A stretch of DNA of 64,000 bases from an uncultured Acidobacteriota bacterium. GTDB lineage: Bacteria; Actinomycetota; Acidimicrobiia; Spongiisociales; ZC4RG35. Below the pieces are notes generated by a model. That model ran no database searches, was not told the DNA's origin, and was given only the letters and a program-made list of their open reading frames with translations. The stretch lies in the NCBI GenBank assembly GCA_963828465.1, contig CAWHEU010000025.1, forward strand, positions 128,001-192,000, read 5' to 3'. Both the position numbers and the translations under genes were made by a program. The first letter of the stretch is position 1; every line of letters begins with the position of its first letter. Of the stretch, positions 58,363-64,000 are shown one piece after another.

Positions 58363-59889
58363 GATGCTTTCTTCTCTCCTGCGCCGGTCATGTAGGACCC
58401 GAGGATCTCCGGAGTGATCTCAGACGGATCCAGCTTCGCCACCAGCTTGCCCTCGAAGAGGACGTGGATCGTGTCGGAGAGACCGATGAGCTCGTCGAGG
58501 TCGGCGGAGATGAGCAGGATCCCCATTCCGGCGGCACGGGCAGTCTTCAGCTCCTCCCAAACCGCGGCCTGCGCGCCGATGTCGATGCCACGGGTGGGCT
58601 GCGCTGCCAGTGAGGACAGTCGGGTTGGCCATGATCTCCCGGCCGACGACCAGTTTCTGCTGGTTCCCACCGGACAGGGCGGTGGCCGGGACGTCGACGT
58701 TCGGAGTCGCGACGTCGAATCGCCGCACGATCTCGGCGGTGTGCTCCCGTGTTCCCTTCTTGTCGATCCAGATGCCGTTGGCATAGGGCTCCTTGTATTG
58801 GTGGCCCAGCGCGGCGTTCTCCCACAGGGGCGAAGGGAGGAGCAAGCCCTGGCGATGACGATCCTCGGGGATCAGGCCGATTCCGGCAGCCCTGCCGCTC
58901 CCTCGTCGTGCAGGTCCACCATCGACTTGCCGGCCAGGGTGATGCTCCCGGTCGACGTCGGCGCCAGACCGAGCAGGGAGTCGACCAACTGGGCCTGCCC
59001 GTTGCCCTCCACGCCGGCGATCCCGACGATCTCGCCCTTTCGCACGACGAACGTGATGCCCTCGAGCACCGGGCGACCTTCGTCGGAGAGGAGTTCGAGG
59101 TCCGACACGTCGAGGAGCACCTCTTCCTGGACGGTCGACTCCTTGGTCTCCGGGGAAGGCAGCTCGGACCCGATCATCATCTCCGCCAATTGGCGGGCGT
59201 CGACCTCGGATGGCGTGGTGGTCCCCACCGTATGCCCGTCCCGCATGACCGTTATCCGATCCGCAATGGCCAGCACCTCGTCGAGCTTGTGAGAGATGAA
59301 GATGATGGTGTGACCTTCTTCTCTGAGGTCCCTGATCGAGTCGAATAGTTCATTCACCTCCTGAGGGACGAGCACGGCGGTGGGCTCGTCGAGGATGAGG
59401 ATCTGAGCGCCGCGGTAGAGCACCTTGATGATCTCCACCCGCTGACGCTCTCCGACCGACAGCCTCTCCACCTTCTGGTTCGGCTGGAGTCTGAGCCCGT
59501 AGGTCTCACCGAGGATGCGAATTCGGTCCGAGGCGCCTTCGAAATCGATCATCACCCCGGACCTGGGCTCCGATCCGAGAATGACGTTCTCCAGGACGGT
59601 GAGGTTGTCGGCCAACATGAAATGCTGGTGCACCATCCCGATTCCGGCGTCGATTGCGTCCTTGGGGGTCCGGAAGTTCGCCGGTGCGCCGTCGATGGTG
59701 ATGCGTGCCTTCGTCGGGGCGGACCATCCCGTAGATGATCTTCATCAACGTCGATTTGCCGGCCCCGTTCTCTCCCACGATGGCGTGGACCTCACCCGAG
59801 GCCACCGTCAGCTCGACGTCCTTGTTGGCAACTACCCCCGGATACCGCTTCGTGACGCCCTCGAGCTGTATTGCGGGTGCCTGAGCCAT
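58359..59889 (-). CDS. Nucleoside/sugar ABC ATPase (two ABC domains); frameshifts
   Basis: [42 protein letters not shown]. Confidence 0.9.
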
Positions 59890-59907
59890 CTCCCTGTCCA
59901 AATAGAA

Positions 59908-59935
59908 CGCCGGGCCCAGGAATCTGGGCCCGGCG
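59908..59935. other. Intergenic hairpin after the BMP lipoprotein gene
   Basis: CGCCGGGCCCAG-gaat-CTGGGCCCGGCG. Confidence 0.65.
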
Positions 59936-59958
59936 CAAGTTAGCAGGACTGCCTTCTG

Positions 59959-61143
59959 TCAGGCCCCTGGCTCTGTGGGAACTGTGATCTCCCCGGCGAT
60001 GATCTGCTCGGCATATCCATCGAGGTCGGCAGCGATGTCGTCCACGAACCCACCACGAGGTCGAGTAGCCGATACCGCCCTCGGCAAGCCCGAGACGGAG
60101 CCGACCAGGGGTGAACTCGTCGTTGAGGAAATCGACGATTGCCTTGTCCACTGCGACATCGACCCGCTTGAGCATCGAGGTCAGGATGTGCTCCTGGAGG
60201 GCAGGGTCGCCCACGGCCTCGTACTGGTCGGAGTCGACACCGATCGCCCAGAGGAAGCTGTCGTCGGTGGACTGCTCGACGGCTGCCTCGAACAGACCGA
60301 GACCCGGAACCGCCAGCGGCGTGGAAGATGACGTCCGCACCCTGGCCATAGAGGGCCAGAGCGGCCTCCTTGCCCTTGACCGGATCGTTGAACCCGGTGA
60401 AGTCGGGCACCTGGGTCAGGTACACGGCAGGGAGGATCGTGATGTCAGGGTTGGCTGCCGCCGCTCCGGCCTCGAACCCGGCCTGGAACTTGAGGATGAG
60501 CGGAGTCTCGACGCCGCCGATGAACCCCACGGTGCCTGTGGTGCTCTTCAGCGCCGCGGCGACACCCATCAGGAACGAGCCCTGCTCCTCGGAGAAGAGC
60601 ATGCATCGGACGTTGGGCATCTCCACCACGGTGAAGGTGTCGTCTTGAGGGCAGTCGTCGGTGATGGCGAACAGGGTGTCCGGGAACTCGGTGCCGACCC
60701 GCCACACGTTCTGGGCGAACGCGAAGCCGTTGGCGATGATCAATTCCATGCCGGACTCGGCCAGGAGCCGAAGGTTCTCCTCACGGTTCTCGCCACCGGC
60801 ATCGGGAGCCAGTTCCTCGCCCGTGACGCCGTAGGTCGCGATGGCATTGTCAAAGGCAAGCGGCGGCCAGGTCGTTGAACGACAGGTCGCCGCGCCCGCC
60901 GACATCGAAGGCCATGCCCACGGTGCGGCCGGTGCCGTCCGGGGCTACCCCTGCTGTCGTCGTCGTGTCACCGGCAGCGGATGTGGTTGGCTCCTCGCCC
61001 GCCGTGGTGGTGGGCTCGGCGGCGGCGGTCGTTGTGGCCTCGCCCGCCGTAGTGGTGGTATCTCCGCCTTCTTCGCCCCCACAGGCCGCGAGCACCAGTG
61101 CCAGGGCGGAGATCAGGGCGAGATACCGCAAATAGCGTTTCAC
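59959..61143 (-). CDS. BMP-family (PnrA/TmpC) nucleoside-binding lipoprotein; frameshifts
   Basis: Lipobox LAAC, DVGGRGDLSFND, EEQGSFLMG, GADVIFHAAG, AIGVDSDQ, TSMLKRVD. Confidence 0.9.
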
Positions 61144-61200
61144 GCTGATAGTCCTCCATATATCTGAAACGGCAGGGAACCCCCTGCCCGACGAGTCACA

Positions 61201-61842
61201 TTAACGACCATTTTGGGTGTAAGTCGCCGCCAGCGGCTCGGGGCGGACCCAGTAGATCCAGGGGATCGAGATCACCGTGATCAATGCCTTGAGAACCACA
61301 TTCACCCACAAGATCGACCACGCCACCTCCGGTGGGAAGACCCCGAACAGGGTCGCCAGCCCGACGAAGACAGCCGAGTCGACCGGTATGGCTATCGCGT
61401 TGCTGAACAGGACCCGGCCCCATTGCTTTTCCTCGCCGAACCGCGCAACCCAGCGTGAATACGCCTCGGTGTCGATCAACTCGGAGGCGATCTCGGCAAT
61501 GATCGAGGCCACGACGATGCCCCAGACCGGGGCTAGGACCACCCCGAACTCGAGCTGCGGCCCGGTGACCTGGTCCGGGGGGAGACGAGACACCAACCAG
61601 AAGAAGGCCGCCATGAACACGTTGATCCCGGCAGCGAGGAAGATCAGTGTCCTCGCCGCCGACTTCCCGGCGATCTTGTGCACCAGGTCGCGAAGCGTGA
61701 AGGTGAAGGGGTAGATGAGGGTGCCGGCGTCGACGGCCTGGCCCCCGATCTCGATGATGCGGAGACTGGCGATGTCGGCCATCATCTGCGCCGCCACATA
61801 CGCCCCACCCACCAACAACAACGACCGAACTCCGCGGTTCAC
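61201..61842 (-). CDS. Queuosine precursor transporter (VUT/YhhQ family)
   Basis: AGTLIYPFTFTLRDL, ASIIAE..SELID, SNAIAIPVDS; leaderless TAACTT-N6-GTG. Confidence 0.85.
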   Translation of the reverse strand: MNRGVRSLLLVGGAYVAAQMMADIASLRIIEIGGQAVDAGTLIYPFTFTLRDLVHKIAGKSAARTLIFLAAGINVFMAAFFWLVSRLPPDQVTGPQLEFGVVLAPVWGIVVASIIAEIASELIDTEAYSRWVARFGEEKQWGRVLFSNAIAIPVDSAVFVGLATLFGVFPPEVAWSILWVNVVLKALITVISIPWIYWVRPEPLAATYTQNGR

Positions 61843-61867
61843 GGGGGCAAGTTAGCCGGTGACTCAG

Positions 61868-62934
61868 GTACCCGAGGTTCTGCGTATCCGAGGCCGAACG
61901 CCCGGGTTCAAACGACCGAGCTCTAGTAATCGCCGCCCCGACGTGGCACCGTCGAAGCGGGATGGGAGAGAAGACTCGGCTGGTCATCCAGCACGCTCGG
62001 GCAAACGGCGGAATCATCACAACAAGCGAGGCCCAAGCAATGGGGATGGACAGGAGCGTGTTGGCGAGGAGGGTCGGAGAGGAGTGTTCACGCGGATCCA
62101 AAGAGGTGTCTTCGCCCTGCCGGGATCGATCATGACGCACGATTCGGATTCTCGAGGCGGCATGTCGGAAGTCTTGAAGCGGTCGTGTCCCACCATTCGG
62201 CCGGGCAGCTCCATCAGTTCGATGGACTGCCCTGGAGCCCGCCGACGGTGACCGTTCGCATCGGCGTCACCAATCGATCTTCCAGGCGTGTGATCGTCCA
62301 TCAATCGACAGACATCTCCGATGATCATGTCGTATCGATCGATGGACTTGCCGGTGACCAACCCAGAACGAACAATCATCGATCTGGCGGCGTCAGTAAG
62401 CTGAGCGGCAGCTTGATTTGATCCTCGACCGGGCGCTGTCATCGGGCATCGTCGATCTGAAAAGCTCGCCCTCGTCTTCTCCGGTTAGGCCGACGAGGCA
62501 AACCCGGGACTTCCAGCGTGCGGCAGGCTGCTCGAGAAACGGGAAGAGAAGTACACACCAGCTGACAGCGTCCTGGAACAGCGACTCCTCGCCATCATCG
62601 GCATGCGCGGACTCCCACTGCCCGACATCCCAGTTCGCACCCCCTTGGCTCGTCCCGACGAACGGGCGCGTCGACTTCGCATACAAGGAACGTCATTTGA
62701 TCATCGAAGCTGATAGCCGGAAGTGGCATCTCCTGATGAAGTCGTTCGAAACAGATCGTCATCGGGACAATCAGGCACAACTGGCTGGCTGGCGCATCCT
62801 TCGGTTCACGTGGCGACAGACCATCGACGAGCCCGAGATGATCGCATCTTCGATTCGACGCCGCCCTGTCAATGTGAGTGACGTCGTAGCTGAGGCGATT
62901 CGACCCCGTATCCGGGCCGCAGAACCTGAGGTTG
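61868..62934 (+). mobile_element. Candidate element: AbiEi-HTH/DUF559 gene bounded by palindromic inverted ends
   Basis: Left GTACCCGAGGTTCTGCG, right CGCAGAACCTGAGGTTG; both ends recur together at 33606-33725. Confidence 0.55.
61962..62880 (+). pseudogene. AbiEi-type HTH + DUF559 (Vsr-like) endonuclease, multiply frameshifted
   Basis: ANGGIITTSEAQAMG..RIQRGVFAL, VSHHSA, DGLPVTNPERTIIDLA, RVDFAY..IIEADSRKWH..DRHRDN..GWRILRFTW. Confidence 0.8.
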
Positions 62935-62947
62935 CTGGGAACGACCC

Positions 62948-63601
62948 CTACTGGACGACGTCGAGCAGTTTCGGGTCGAGCTGGCCGTAGCCGGGGAAGA
63001 TGGAGTCGGTGACGCCGGCGAACTCCCAGTGCCAGGGCTCCTGGGTGCTCCTGCCGCAATGAGCCCAGTCCGGGTGGACCCAGCCGAACCGGTGAGCATT
63101 TCCCTGCATCCACCGGAACGTTTCATCCGAACAGCCCAGCACGCCATTGCCGTCGGTGTAGTCGACGGCCCGGCCCCAACCATGGTTGGAGTGGCCGGGT
63201 CTGGCCGTGGGTGGCCCAGAGCACGCACGGCCGGATTTGACACCTGTCTGCACCTTGGAGCCAGTGGCCGGGTCGACTCCGTATACCGGCGTCTCGACCA
63301 CAGGGCACCGTCGGTTGTACGCCGAGGCTTGGGTGCTGAAGGACCGGTAGCAGTCTTCGTAACTGAGTGAGACGCCGTCCTCCTCGGCAGCCTCCATCAG
63401 GAGTGCATACATGTAGGCCGCATCGCGCTCCAGGGTGCAACCGTCAAACGACATCAACCGGTCATCGGGCATTGATCCGTTCACGTAACCATCGACTTCG
63501 AGGTCGAGCGTGTAGGCCTCGTCGTTGGCCGGGACGTACTCGGCCGAAGGCGTGGGGGCCAGCGCGGTCGAGATGGTGAGGAGGAGTGCGAGTATGGGCA
63601 T
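62948..63601 (-). CDS. M15 family D-Ala-D-Ala carboxypeptidase (VanY-like), secreted
   Basis: Signal peptide, YRS..Q, PGHSNHGWGRAVD, EPWHW. Confidence 0.88.
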   Translation of the reverse strand: MPILALLLTISTALAPTPSAEYVPANDEAYTLDLEVDGYVNGSMPDDRLMSFDGCTLERDAAYMYALLMEAAEEDGVSLSYEDCYRSFSTQASAYNRRCPVVETPVYGVDPATGSKVQTGVKSGRACSGPPTARPGHSNHGWGRAVDYTDGNGVLGCSDETFRWMQGNAHRFGWVHPDWAHCGRSTQEPWHWEFAGVTDSIFPGYGQLDPKLLDVVQ

Positions 63602-63648
63602 GCGTTTGCCCAAACAACATCGGCCAAATTGGCCTCAGGCTTTAACGG

Positions 63649-64000
63649 TCAGTCCTGGCCGGCCATCTCCGGTTGTGGTGTCGCATCGGTCGGATCCGGT
63701 GGAGCGACTGCCTCGAATGTGAGCTCCTCGTTCTCGGCGTCGAGGCCAACGAGGATCGTGCTGCCCGCCTTGAACTCCCCGAGCAGGACGCGCTCGCTGA
63801 GGGGGTCTTCGAGCAGGCGTTGGATCGCCCGACGCAAGGGACGGGCGCCGAGCTCTGGGTCATAGCCACGGGTGCCGAGGTGCACCTTGGCATCATCGGT
63901 GAGAACCAGATCGAGGTGCTGCGACTCGAGCTGCTCTCGAACCCGATCCAACATCAGATCGACGATCAGCTTGAGCTCGTCCATGGTCAGCTCGTGGAAC
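63649..64000 (-). CDS. clpC: ATP-dependent Clp protease ATPase, C-terminal part (continues beyond window)
   Basis: GYDPELGARPLRRAIQRLLEDPLSE. Confidence 0.9.
   Translation of the reverse strand, partial: FHELTMDELKLIVDLMLDRVREQLESQHLDLVLTDDAKVHLGTRGYDPELGARPLRRAIQRLLEDPLSERVLLGEFKAGSTILVGLDAENEELTFEAVAPPDPTDATPQPEMAGQD

Noticed and set aside
13230-61143. Frameshifts in ALDH, flavin oxidoreductase, methyltransferase, livF, ispF, P450 and the nucleoside ABC genes as programmed frameshifting or pseudogenes
   Set aside because: Mostly single-base indels, often in short homopolymers; they hit core genes too, lack in-frame stops or slippery heptamers, and cluster toward one end. Sequencing error is the simpler explanation.
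61843-61870. preQ1 riboswitch upstream of the queuosine-precursor transporter
   Set aside because: The gene appears leaderless (TAACTT-N6-GTG) and no preQ1 consensus is visible.
1-64000. CRISPR array, prophage, rRNA, classical IS transposase
   Set aside because: No regularly spaced repeats, cas, phage, rRNA or transposase signatures were seen by eye.

Overview
High-GC actinobacterial chromosome segment. It is probably Acidimicrobiia-like; this is inferred from the clpC...radA-disA-carD-ispF-cysS-rlmB-tRNA-Thr gene order, the Thr-rich lipoprotein linkers and frequent leaderless genes. At least ten genes carry 1-bp frameshifts, often in homopolymers and denser after about 54 kb, which look like uncorrected long-read errors. 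Layout: 1-10.5 kb is an accessory patchwork (haloperoxidase-like protein, hydrolase, nitrilase, KimA-like K+ transporter, DUF4118, TetR pair, gene remnants). 10.6-25.7 kb is a co-regulated catabolic island (citryl-CoA-lyase-like protein, ThDP enzyme, CoA-acylating aldehyde dehydrogenase, TIM-barrel protein + AroQ, flavin oxidoreductase, VOC-like protein, Liv-type ABC transporter, two shikimate/quinate dehydrogenases, GntR). The rest is mostly core genes, including a second Liv ABC, a nucleoside ABC, tRNA-Thr(TGT) and the 3' end of clpC. Main leads: (1) a chemically coherent, oxygen-independent, non-aromatic quinate/shikimate breakdown route (inferred), whose two convergent operons share one promoter/operator design; (2) an AbiEi-HTH/DUF559 nuclease gene flanked by palindromic ends, with a gene-less 120-bp copy of the same two ends 28 kb away, suggesting an undescribed mobile element plus MITE; (3) a shared KdpE-like repeat upstream of two K+-related genes; (4) an unannotated 40-aa membrane protein heading radA-disA.
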